Both the position numbers and the translations under genes were made by a program. Below the pieces are notes generated by a model. That model did no database searches. It worked only from the letters and a program-made list of their open reading frames with translations, and was not told the DNA's origin. This document shows positions 42,598-51,764 of a DNA stretch of 64,000 nucleotides, piece by piece; positions within the stretch are counted from its first letter, which is position 1, and every line of letters starts with the position of its first letter. Location: NCBI GenBank assembly GCA_965243135.1, contig OZ251539.1, forward strand, positions 3,744,001 to 3,808,000, in the 5' to 3' direction. This DNA is from Alphaproteobacteria bacterium. Lineage in GTDB: Bacteria > Pseudomonadota > Alphaproteobacteria > MPNO01 > UBA830.

Positions 42598-45143
42598 ACC
42601 TCGACGCGATCATCGCCCGCGCTGCCCCGCCCCCGGAGCGAGTCGACGCGGGCGCGTTCGAGCCGGTCGAGACTGACGCGGGGTCTCTGGCGCTGCGGCG
42701 AAAGCGGCTCGCGGAAGCCTTCGGGTCGCAGGAGGAGATGGAGACCCACGCCGAGGCCCTTGGACTGAGCCTGGAATCGTGGCTCGACCGCCTGCGCGAC
42801 GTGCGCCTCGCGGGCCCGGACCCCGACTGGGCGCACGCGTTCCGGGCCATGTTCGAGAGTCTCTCGGACGGACCGCGCCCTTTCGCCGGGTTCCGCCGCT
42901 GGATCGAGGGCGAGGCGAAAGCGCGGTGGCCGACGGAACTGCCGCGCGCGCCGGACGCGTTGGAGGGGCCGCTCGACTATCTTGCAGGCGTGCTCGGCAG
43001 CGCGCTCGAGGCGACGTACCGGATCGAGCGCACGCTGAATTCCCAGCCGACCTGGGCGACGCGCTTCCGGCGAAGCCCCGCCCTCGCCTACGCGCTCGGC
43101 CGGGCCACGGCGGACTGGCTCGCCGACCTCGTCCGGATCGTCGAGCGGGCCGCGGCGGACAGGCCGCTTCTCTCTCGCGTCTTCTTCGGCGGCGAGGACC
43201 CCGGAACGTTGGTTCGAATCGAGCCGGGGCTCGGCGACCCCCATGCCGGCGGACGCTCGGTGGCGATTCTGCGTTTCGAACGCGGCGGCGTGGTGTACAA
43301 ACCGAAGGATCTGCGGGTTGCCGCCGCCGTCGGCGAAATCGCGGGCCGGCTGGACGGCGCCGCGCTCGCCGCGCCGGCCGTGCTGACGCGCGGTAGCTAT
43401 GCATGGGAACAGGTTTACGAGACCCATCCCATCGCCGGCCGGGAAGAGGCCGACGCCTTCTTCCGCGCGCTCGGCGGCTGGCTCGCGCTTCTGCAGGCCC
43501 TGAACGGCAACGACTTCTGGTTCGACAACCTGATCGCCGACGGCGCGACGCCGCGCTTCATCGACTTCGAGACCGCGGTGCAGCCTCCGACGAACTGGTC
43601 GGAAGGAAAGTATCGGATGGGCGAGAAAGCGACGGCGCTCGTCGGAACCCTTCCCGTCGGCGCCGGCATTTTGCCGCTGCCGATACCGATCCGCGACGGC
43701 GAGGATCCGACCGACATCGGCTGCCTGTCCCGGCCCGGCGAGCATCGAACGCCGTTGCGGAACATCGACGGCGGCGGATTGATCGCTTGGCAGGAAAATC
43801 GTTTCGCGCCGCGCTACGAAGACGGTACCCCGGCAGACGTTGCGGATCACTTCGACGCCTTCGAGGACGGCTACCTCCAGGCCGCCCGCGCCCTCGCAGC
43901 CTCGACGGCGCGGGAACGCATGATCGAGACGCTGCAGCGGTTCGCCGACGCTCCAATCCGGATCATTCGTATCGACACCTGGACATGTTACCGGATAGTT
44001 CGCCAGTCGCTGTTGCCCAGCCATCTTTCCGACGGCGCTTGGCGCGAGATCGCGCTTCACGCCGCGTTGCCTCGCCAGCGCGACACGGTGGGCGAACTTC
44101 GCGAGGCCGCGGTGCGCGACCTCCGCCGGCTTGACGTGCCCCTGTTTCAGACCCGTCTCGACTCGCGGGATCTCCTCGGGGTCGAAGGCGAGCGCTTGCC
44201 GAACTTCTTCGGACAGGACGCGCTTTCGGGAACCGACGAGCGTCTACGAACTCTCGCCGGGGTCGCGGAAGACGACCGGCGCGCTGCGCTGCGCTCGGGT
44301 TTCAGCTTGCGGGCCGGCAACCCGCCGCGACGCTCGTCGACGACGGAACGGATGTCCGCGGCCCGCGCGGACGACATGCTGGCCTGGGCCGACGAGATCG
44401 CCTCCGGAGTCGCGCGACGAGCGGTGCGCGACGAGCGGTGCGGACCGACCTGGATCGGCCCGCACCACGATGTCTTCACCGGCCAGCGCATCCTGAGCCG
44501 ACTCGGCTTCGACGTCCTCTCGGGCCGGGCCGGCTTGGCGAAAGCGCTCTTGGATCTGGCCCGCGGACTGGACCGGCCCGATCTCGCCGCCCTTGCCCGC
44601 GAGGCCCTCGCCAGCGCGGCGCAGGATTTCGTCGATCACATCGATGCGCTTCAGCGATTCGGGGCCGGCTACGCGGTCGGCGCCGGGGGGCTCGTCGCGA
44701 TTCTGGCGCGCGAACGGGAATTGCGCCCGCTCGCGACCGGGGTCTGGCAGGCCGCGGCGGCGCGCGAAATCTGGATGCAGTCGGGAAGCGATTTCGTTTC
44801 CGGCCTCGCGGGTTGGCGCGAGGCTGCCTCGGCGCTCGGGGAAACGGCGCCTTCGCGGCACGGGCCGGGACGGCCCTACGCGCCCTCCGCCTTGGCGCGC
44901 CTGGCAGTTTGGCTGGACCCGGAGAACGCCGCGCCGCTTTGTCCCGACCGCCGCGCGGCGGCGGGCTTGCGCCGGGACTTCGAGCGTCACGGAAGCTGGT
45001 TCCCCGCCCGGTGGCTGGACGACCGGCACAATCTCTCCGGCATCGACGGCCTCCCGGCGTTGGCGGTGCGTTTCCTGCGCCTCGCGCATGGCGAGGCAGG
45101 TCCGGAAGGAGAGGAACTTCCGGCGGACGGGCGACGGAAATGA
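42594..45143 (+). CDS. LanM-like dehydratase (DUF4135) with shortened, degenerate LanC-like domain
   Basis: GDPHAGG, VYKPKD, NDFWFDNLIA, IDFET, RIIRIDT, LDVPLF; C-terminal G-x-A-G repeats but no WCHG/CHG; TTG start overlaps SagB stop. Confidence 0.85.
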   Translation: MNLDAIIARAAPPPERVDAGAFEPVETDAGSLALRRKRLAEAFGSQEEMETHAEALGLSLESWLDRLRDVRLAGPDPDWAHAFRAMFESLSDGPRPFAGFRRWIEGEAKARWPTELPRAPDALEGPLDYLAGVLGSALEATYRIERTLNSQPTWATRFRRSPALAYALGRATADWLADLVRIVERAAADRPLLSRVFFGGEDPGTLVRIEPGLGDPHAGGRSVAILRFERGGVVYKPKDLRVAAAVGEIAGRLDGAALAAPAVLTRGSYAWEQVYETHPIAGREEADAFFRALGGWLALLQALNGNDFWFDNLIADGATPRFIDFETAVQPPTNWSEGKYRMGEKATALVGTLPVGAGILPLPIPIRDGEDPTDIGCLSRPGEHRTPLRNIDGGGLIAWQENRFAPRYEDGTPADVADHFDAFEDGYLQAARALAASTARERMIETLQRFADAPIRIIRIDTWTCYRIVRQSLLPSHLSDGAWREIALHAALPRQRDTVGELREAAVRDLRRLDVPLFQTRLDSRDLLGVEGERLPNFFGQDALSGTDERLRTLAGVAEDDRRAALRSGFSLRAGNPPRRSSTTERMSAARADDMLAWADEIASGVARRAVRDERCGPTWIGPHHDVFTGQRILSRLGFDVLSGRAGLAKALLDLARGLDRPDLAALAREALASAAQDFVDHIDALQRFGAGYAVGAGGLVAILARERELRPLATGVWQAAAAREIWMQSGSDFVSGLAGWREAASALGETAPSRHGPGRPYAPSALARLAVWLDPENAAPLCPDRRAAAGLRRDFERHGSWFPARWLDDRHNLSGIDGLPALAVRFLRLAHGEAGPEGEELPADGRRK

Positions 45144-45841
45144 TCGCCCACGTTCCGCTGCTAAGCTCGGACGAATGCGCTCGCGCGCTGGAGAGCGTGC
45201 AGGCGCACCGGGACGCTTGGACGCAACGGTATCCGGGGCTGCCCGCCTATACGCTGGGGGCGGCCAGCTACCTCGATTCAGGGCCTGAGCGGCGCGACGT
45301 CTACCATGCGAAAGCGGCGGCCATGAACCCGCTGTTGGAGCGCGAGTTCGGTTGGCTGTACGAACGGCTGCTGGTGGCGTTAGGCGACCACTTGCGCGCC
45401 GGGGTCGCGTTCGAGCCGGGCGCGGCCCGGCCGGGGTTTCACGTCTTTCTGGCGCACGAGGCGTTCAGTCGGCCCCTCGGCAAGATCCATTTCGATCTTC
45501 AGTTCATGGACATCGATTGGTCGGACGGCGAGGGAATGGATTTCTCGCGGCCCGTCTCCTACACTCTGGCCATCCGCTTGCCGGAATCAGGCGCGGGGCT
45601 TCTCACATGGAACATCGACAAGGCGGAATACGACAGCATGGACTTCGTTTCCCGCAACCGGATCGGCCAAGAGAAAATCCCGGAATACGTCCCCTATCGG
45701 GAAGGGGCGATGGTCTGCCACTCGGGAATGCTGCTGCACCAGATCGCCCCGGCCGCCGACGGTCTGCAACCCGACGATTTGCGCGTCACGTTGCAGGGGC
45801 ACGCGCTTCCGGGGCGGGACGGATACCGGCTGTATTGGTGA
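45140..45841 (+). CDS. Putative Fe(II)/2OG oxygenase-fold tailoring enzyme
   Basis: GFHVF, HFD, LHQIAP, RVTLQGH (HxD..H..R); coupled to the LanM-like gene. Confidence 0.65.
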   Translation: MIAHVPLLSSDECARALESVQAHRDAWTQRYPGLPAYTLGAASYLDSGPERRDVYHAKAAAMNPLLEREFGWLYERLLVALGDHLRAGVAFEPGAARPGFHVFLAHEAFSRPLGKIHFDLQFMDIDWSDGEGMDFSRPVSYTLAIRLPESGAGLLTWNIDKAEYDSMDFVSRNRIGQEKIPEYVPYREGAMVCHSGMLLHQIAPAADGLQPDDLRVTLQGHALPGRDGYRLYW

Positions 45842-46161
45842 TCTCCCGCGTTCCGCTCCGCGTTTCCAGTCGGGAGTTCCGGCGGCGAGGAACCGTTTCA
45901 AGCTTGAAGCGAAATGCGCCGGGTGTCCGAGCGACCCTTTGCATCGAGACGTGAAGTCAGACGCCCGCCCGATTCGCGCCGACGGTTCCACCCGGCTTCC
46001 CTCCGCGAAGCCGACTGCCGCCCCTCGTCAAGGCGCGCCTCCGTCTCCGCGCCTTCGTCGGCGACGGGGCCGCGTCGCTGACCAAGGACGTCTTCGTCCT
46101 CCTGTTCGTGGACCGACGCACTACCGTTTCGACCGCCGCGCGACGTAGAATCGCCCCGGCG

Positions 46162-47658
46162 TCACTCCGTTTGGGGGACGGCGTCGGCGAGATCGAAGAT
46201 CGTCTCGATCAGCACCCCGTGGCGCCAGAGATCGGCGGCGTCGTTGCGCACGAGGCGGGGATCGATCCCGAAACGGCGGGCGACGCGTCCGACTGCGTCC
46301 TCCACCCGGGCGCCCCCGCGAAAGGTCTCGGCAAGGGCAGGCATGTGGGCGAGGTCGCGCCGCGCCGCGAAGAAGACCCGATGGCCGCGGCCCTCGGCGC
46401 GCGCCTGGGCGCGGGACGGCGACGTGACCGTCACTCCGCGCTGGAGCGCCAGACGTTCCGGCGGCTCCAGCCGCATATGGTCGGCGATCAGCCGGTCGAG
46501 AGCGCCCGCGAACTCGTCGGCATGAGCGAACCGCTCCTCGCCGAAGACCGCGTAGCCGTCCGGCCAGCGGTCGGAACTGGGTTCGGGAGAGATTAGACGG
46601 ACCCGGCCGGCGACGGGCTCGATGAGAAAGCCGGAGACGCAGCAGATGGTGCGGTGCGACCAGATCTCGTCGTCGTCGGCATGCGAGTTTCCCCTGATCG
46701 CGTCGATCTTGCTCCGCTCATGCGCGAGGCGCTCGGGCCAGCGCTTGGCTACGTCGCGGACATGACCGGTCTCGGCGAGAGCGAGCACGGACTCCCGGTT
46801 GAGCAAGGCGAAGTCCACATCCGCCAGCTCCTCGGGCGAGAACGCCGCATGGATCTCGTTCAGCCGGCGCAGCGAGACCACGGAGAAACGCAGCACCGGA
46901 TACGGATAATCCGCGGATCGCGCGAGGGCCATGAGACGCCGGGTGCGGTCCAGGTCGACGGTCGCCGCCGCCGTCGTGGTCGTGGGAAAGCGTCCGAGCA
47001 CGCGTCGGAAGGCATCCGCATAAGCCTCGTAATCCGGATGGTCCAAGGGGTCCGTCGCCCAGAACAGGAAGCCCCGCGCGGCGCTCTCGCCAAAGATCCC
47101 GCGCAGCGCCCGCAGCATCTCTTCCCAAGCGTCGATATCCGTCGGCAGAACCGCCTGCAGGGGCCGTGCGGAGAGCCCGCAAAACCAGCAACCGAGCGAG
47201 CAGCCTTGGGTCAGTTCCACGGTGAAGGGCAGGTGCAGGGACAGCGGCGACACGACATAGCCTTCCGCGAAGGCGGTCCGCGCCTTCTGGCGCGTCCGCC
47301 AGAACAAGTAGGGATCGGCCGCGCCCTCGTCGGCGGCGGCGAAGTCGATATAGGCCCGCGCCTGGTCCTCGAGGCGCCAGTAGGCGCGGCCGACCGGCGA
47401 GTCGCGGCCGACCGGCGGGCCGGAGCGCCAGAGAAAGGCGAGCGGAGACGGATCCATGTCGAACCCGGCGCTTGCGGCGGCGGCCCGAGGATCGTCGCGA
47501 ACGGCGGTGCGGAAGCGCTCGTCGGCCACCCAGCGCTCGCGGAAGCGCTTCACATGCGCGTAGAGTCGCAAATCGCCGTCCGAACGGGAGTCGCGAGCAG
47601 CCCCTCCCGTCTCCGACGCAGCGAATGGAAGCCCCGGTGGGAGGGCGGCGGTCGTCAC
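46162..47658 (-). CDS. Radical SAM peptide epimerase (PoyD/OspD-type)
   Basis: ELTQGCSLGCWFCG, FLFWATDPLDHPDY, LRFSV, TICCVSGFL, RLISP..SDRWPDG. Confidence 0.85.
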   Translation of the reverse strand: MTTAALPPGLPFAASETGGAARDSRSDGDLRLYAHVKRFRERWVADERFRTAVRDDPRAAAASAGFDMDPSPLAFLWRSGPPVGRDSPVGRAYWRLEDQARAYIDFAAADEGAADPYLFWRTRQKARTAFAEGYVVSPLSLHLPFTVELTQGCSLGCWFCGLSARPLQAVLPTDIDAWEEMLRALRGIFGESAARGFLFWATDPLDHPDYEAYADAFRRVLGRFPTTTTAAATVDLDRTRRLMALARSADYPYPVLRFSVVSLRRLNEIHAAFSPEELADVDFALLNRESVLALAETGHVRDVAKRWPERLAHERSKIDAIRGNSHADDDEIWSHRTICCVSGFLIEPVAGRVRLISPEPSSDRWPDGYAVFGEERFAHADEFAGALDRLIADHMRLEPPERLALQRGVTVTSPSRAQARAEGRGHRVFFAARRDLAHMPALAETFRGGARVEDAVGRVARRFGIDPRLVRNDAADLWRHGVLIETIFDLADAVPQTE

Positions 47659-47688
47659 GGCCGCCGCCTTCGCGCCGGAAACGGCGTC

Positions 47689-48069
47689 CTAAAGGCTGTC
47701 CCTCGCGGTTGCGAAGCTGCTCATGCTTCCGGCCGTACCCACGCAGGAAGGCAGGGTCGAGGTGGTCGCTATCGTGCCCACCGTGCCCATCGTCTTGCCG
47801 CCGCCAGCGACCGCTAGCAGCGCCTCGTCCTGGAGCGTCTGGTTCGGGTCGGGAGGCATGGCCAGGTGGAAGGTGTCGCGGGTGTTGAGGACGACCTTCA
47901 CGTCCACGCCCACCGGCGTGTTGATCCCGTGCTCCCGCAGAACGTCCTGCGGACGCTCCTCGACCTCACGCAGCCGATCCTCGTCGGAACGGCAGGCGTC
48001 GGCGAGACCCTGAAGGGCGACGCCGTGCCGACGAATGACGCCATGGATGTCTTCCGGACTGTAGTGCAT
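47689..48069 (-). CDS. NHLP-leader RiPP precursor P4
   Basis: FHLAMPPDPN..LQDEALLAVAGG; 36-aa core GKTMGTVGTIATTSTLPSCVGTAGSMSSFATARDSL. Confidence 0.9.
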   Translation of the reverse strand: MHYSPEDIHGVIRRHGVALQGLADACRSDEDRLREVEERPQDVLREHGINTPVGVDVKVVLNTRDTFHLAMPPDPNQTLQDEALLAVAGGGKTMGTVGTIATTSTLPSCVGTAGSMSSFATARDSL

Positions 48070-48150
48070 GATCGTCTCCTATGCGTGATTCGAGTGGATG
48101 CTCCATCCCGAGGTTCGAGATGCCGAAACTCATCCCCGAATTTTCGGGAT

Positions 48151-48186
48151 TGTGCATAGCGGGAGGGGCGAGTAAACCCTAATTTC
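48151..48186 (-). promoter_or_regulatory. P4 promoter: shared motif with an interrupted C tract
   Basis: Minus strand GAAATTAGGG TTTA CTCGCCCCTCCC GCTATGCACA. Confidence 0.6.
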
Positions 48187-48464
48187 AGACTTCCTGACAT
48201 GGTATGCGGAACTTGAAGATTTTGCTTGATTTTTCCTCAATTGGTCGTAAACTAAAATGTACCACTTTCTGGAGAGCGCCATGTTCCAGTTCCGCTTCAA
48301 CAAGGCGCTTCGGGAACTTTGTGCCACTCGCGAAGGCCATGCCTACCCCGGCACCGGGCTGAAACTGGCGTTCGAGGAACCCCTGCTGGCAAATTGAAAT
48401 TACGCGATGTCAGGAGGTCTGAATTTGCGCCCGCCGGAAAACTCCCGGTTTTGCGCCAAGGGCA

Positions 48465-48960
48465 GCGCCCTTCCGTTTTTTCTGGACAAACTCGATTCGC
48501 CCGTCGGTGCAAACAGAATCGGCGCACGCTGCGCTGCGCGAAAGGGCGGGCGCGGTTGGAGCGGCTTCTCGAGAGCAGCCGCGCGGAGTTGATCCGCCGG
48601 GTCTGCAAGGCGTCCGCGACGCCCGCGGACGACTGCAACAGGCGAGTCGCACGACTGCGCTGCGCGAACTCCACGCCGCCGGGGCGGCGGTCGTCCGGGG
48701 CGGGCAGGCGGCGCCGTGGGCGGTCCGGGGCGACCGGGTGGCAGGTCTTCGGCTGGGTGAAACGGCGGACCCGCGCCAACTGTGGACCGATGCGCCGACC
48801 GGCGCGGCCGAGAAGAACAAGCCGCAAGCGCTGGGCGCGGGGGTTGCGGGACTGCCCGCCGAAGCGATGTTCTTCGACATTGGCGCTCTCCGCGACGGAC
48901 CTTCCCGAGCCTCTCGACCTCGGCGTCGGCGCGCTGGCCGACGCTTACGTCCGCGACCGC
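48465..48960 (+). mobile_element. Internally deleted IS4 relic
   Basis: Fragments SRAELIRRVC / VRDARGRLQ / LRLGETA / LPAEAMF / LPEPLDL match the start, middle and end of the 28.5-30.7 kb transposase; end CGCCCTTCCGTTTTTTCTGGAC resembles that element's end. Confidence 0.6.
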
Positions 48961-48970
48961 AGGCGTACGT

Positions 48971-49771
48971 CTACGCGGTCCGCTCGTTCCGCGCGGCGCG
49001 GGCGATGTCGACGATGAGGACGAAGCGATGCTCGCCGGTCCTGTTCCAGGCGGTATGCGGATGCGTGTCGTCGAATATGAGCGCCTTTCCGGCTTCCCAT
49101 CGCCGCGCTTCCCCGTCCACCTCAAGGGCGCAATCGCCCGGCGGAACGATGAGCCCCAGGTGAGCCCTGTACAGGCGCGGGTCGTGCCCGACGTGAGGCG
49201 CGATGACGTGCCCGGATTCGAGGCACGAAAAGCCCGCGTTGACGAGGCCGGGCGCCTCCTTGACGATGGCCGCGGTGCGGGGGCAGGCCCGGCATCCGTC
49301 CCCCATCGCGGCGCCGTGCAGGTAAAGGCCGAAAAGCTTCCACGACGTTTCGGTTCCGCCGCCGACGCGGGAGCGGCTTCTTTCGATGGTCTGCCTGATC
49401 TCGGCGGCGGTCATCCGGGTGAAGGTCGGGGTGTACTCCCGCGTGCCCCATTCCGTCCACACCGAGCGGTCCAGGAGCAGGCGGAGCTCCGCGAGAATGG
49501 GATCGAACCCCGCTTCGAGCCTAGCCAGGAACGGAAACCGCGCTGCGTCGAGCCACCCGCTCGTCGGGACGGCGCCTCGCGCGCCGTCCGCGCGTCTCGC
49601 CCCCGCGATGTGGTCTCCGCGGGCAGGCCCGCCGAGGCGACCGGCTTCCGCGGCGGCCTCGCGCTCGCGTTCTTCGGTGCCGGCCGTCGGCGCCGCGCTG
49701 CCGGAGACGGCTTCGCGGGCGCTGGCGCTCTCGTCGCTGGCCGTCGGCGCCCAGCCCGGCTTTTCCGCCAT
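48971..49771 (-). CDS. Aspartyl/asparaginyl beta-hydroxylase-family 2OG oxygenase (start uncertain)
   Basis: CPRTA, AGFS, IAPH, RAHLGLIVP, FDDTHPHTAWN, RFVLIVD. Confidence 0.85.
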   Translation of the reverse strand: MAEKPGWAPTASDESASAREAVSGSAAPTAGTEEREREAAAEAGRLGGPARGDHIAGARRADGARGAVPTSGWLDAARFPFLARLEAGFDPILAELRLLLDRSVWTEWGTREYTPTFTRMTAAEIRQTIERSRSRVGGGTETSWKLFGLYLHGAAMGDGCRACPRTAAIVKEAPGLVNAGFSCLESGHVIAPHVGHDPRLYRAHLGLIVPPGDCALEVDGEARRWEAGKALIFDDTHPHTAWNRTGEHRFVLIVDIARAARNERTA

Positions 49772-50152
49772 CGTCACGGGACGCGCGCGCCAGTTCGCGG
49801 GCGTATGGTTTCCGACCGCGCGGCAACGCGGCAGCTGCCCCGAGGCGGCGGGAGGGTCGATAGCTGTCGCCAGCGATTTGCAATGATCTGTTTCATCTCC
49901 CCCCTCAACTCCGATTGCTTTCAGATCGTCGAGTTCTGGTTGCCCTTGACGACCATAGTAGGCTTCCCCGTCCAAAATCAACGGGTAGTTTCGGCCTGAG
50001 CGTGTACGTCCGGACAGCAAGCGTTCGCTCGCGGGGCGAGCCGCCAAGCCACCTTGGGCAGGTCGTTCCATCGCCCCGCGAGCGAACGCTTGCGATGGGG
50101 GTATAGACAGCGCTGCGTCTGATCGTTAATCTAATCGTCAAGTGGAGATCTT

Positions 50153-51403
50153 ATGCAAACGCAACTGTTCCGAAAAGCTGCGCTGGATCGCCTCTCCTCG
50201 CCGGAGTTGCTGGACCGTGCGCTCACCGTCACCACGTCCAAGGTCTGGCTGGCGCTCGCCACGATCATGGCGCTGGCGGGCGCGGTCGTGCTCTGGTCCG
50301 TAAAGGGCGAAGTGCCGACTTTCGTAAAGGCCAGCGGCATCCTGTTGAGTCACGGCGGCGCGATTGTCGACGCGATGCCGTCCGCGGTGGGCACGCTGAC
50401 CAAGATCGCTCCCGCCGTCGGCGACGCTGTGGAGAAGGACCAGACCGTGGCCGAGGTCATCAACCGGGAGGTGCTGGAGCGTTACCGTAGCGCGGCAACT
50501 TTGGTGGAGGAACGCAAGCGAGCGCTCGCAGATTTCAAGAAGGCGGCGGCGGCGGAAGACGCGCTCGTCGAAGAGAACGTTGACCGGCAGCGCCGGCGTC
50601 TGGACCGGATCGAGCGCAGCGGGCGACAGCAGGTCGCGACGGCGCGCAAGCGCCTCGAGGACCACCGGAAGCTTTACGAAGACCACATCGTCACCCGGGT
50701 GACGGTGGAGCGCAGCCAGCAGGCTTTCGACCGGGCCGAAAGGGATCTGTTCAGCACGTTGCGCGAACGCGACAACCTGGAGTCCCGAGAGTTGCGGCGC
50801 CAGAACGAGCGGGAAACCCGCGTGGCCGAGGTGGAAGCGCGCCTTCAGGCGGCGAGGCGCCAGATGAACGAACTCTCTACCCAACTTGATACGCAGCGGG
50901 TGCTGGCTCCGGTTTCCGGCCGCGTCACCGAGATCAAGGCCACGGTGGGCAGCGTGCTCCGTCCGGGCCAGCCGGTGCTCAGCATCAAGACGGTCGAAGG
51001 CGAACTCGGCACGTTGATCTACGTAAGTCCCACGGAGGGCAAGAAAATCAAGCCGGGAATGGAGGTTTTGATCACGCCGGCGACGGTGCGCCGCGAGGAG
51101 CACGGCTCCCTGAAAGGAACTGTGGAGACCGTCTCCGAGTTTCCGGCCAGCCAGGAGGGCATGATCGCCGTGCTCCAGAACCGGCAACTCGTCCAGGCCC
51201 TCTCGGAGGACGGCGCGCCCTATACCGGGCGGGTGCTCCTCGAGCGGGATCCGTCGACGTCAAGCGGTTTCGCATGGACGTCTCCCAAAGCCTCGGGAGA
51301 GAAACTGACGTCCGGCACCCTCGCCAGCGTCGAAATCAAGACCAAAAGCCAGGCGCCGATCACCTTGGTCGTGCCGCTGATCAAGGAAACGTTCGGATTT
51401 TGA
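50153..51403 (+). CDS. NHLP system secretion protein (HlyD family)
   Basis: LFRKAALDRLSSPELLD, TM, coiled coil, APVSGRV, GFAWTS, PITLVVP. Confidence 0.92.
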   Translation: MQTQLFRKAALDRLSSPELLDRALTVTTSKVWLALATIMALAGAVVLWSVKGEVPTFVKASGILLSHGGAIVDAMPSAVGTLTKIAPAVGDAVEKDQTVAEVINREVLERYRSAATLVEERKRALADFKKAAAAEDALVEENVDRQRRRLDRIERSGRQQVATARKRLEDHRKLYEDHIVTRVTVERSQQAFDRAERDLFSTLRERDNLESRELRRQNERETRVAEVEARLQAARRQMNELSTQLDTQRVLAPVSGRVTEIKATVGSVLRPGQPVLSIKTVEGELGTLIYVSPTEGKKIKPGMEVLITPATVRREEHGSLKGTVETVSEFPASQEGMIAVLQNRQLVQALSEDGAPYTGRVLLERDPSTSSGFAWTSPKASGEKLTSGTLASVEIKTKSQAPITLVVPLIKETFGF

Positions 51404-51720
51404 GCGTGCCGCGCGATAATGGGCTTCGCCCGGCTGCCGTCTCGGCATCTTGCCTCGCCGACGAGCGCAGCAACCTGTGCTGCCTCCGCTTCCTGTGCGG
51501 AAATGCCGCTCGGACGCCATGCACGGCGAGCCATCCGGAGCGAACTCGGAAATGATCGCTGCGCTGCCTATCTACGAAATCGACCGGGGTTGCCGCGCAG
51601 TCATTCGCGCAACCGCGGGGCGCGGCCGTCGCGGTCGATTGCCGTGACTTCGCGATTAGGAAATGTTAAAGAAACAACGAGCTTCGCTGGATGATCTTCG
51701 TGGGTCAACCAAGAATGCCG

Positions 51721-51746
51721 TTGCTCCCCCCCCCCCCCGCTAGGTT
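51721..51746 (+). promoter_or_regulatory. Putative promoter with C13 tract upstream of the peptidase-ABC transporter
   Basis: TTGCT C13(51726-38) GC TAGGTT, 19 bp before the ATG. Confidence 0.55.
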
Positions 51747-51764
51747 TTCCGGGTAAACGTTTGC

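Noticed and set aside
42594-45143. Standard class II lanthipeptide cluster
   Set aside because: Cyclase zinc motifs not found and cores have only 1-2 Cys
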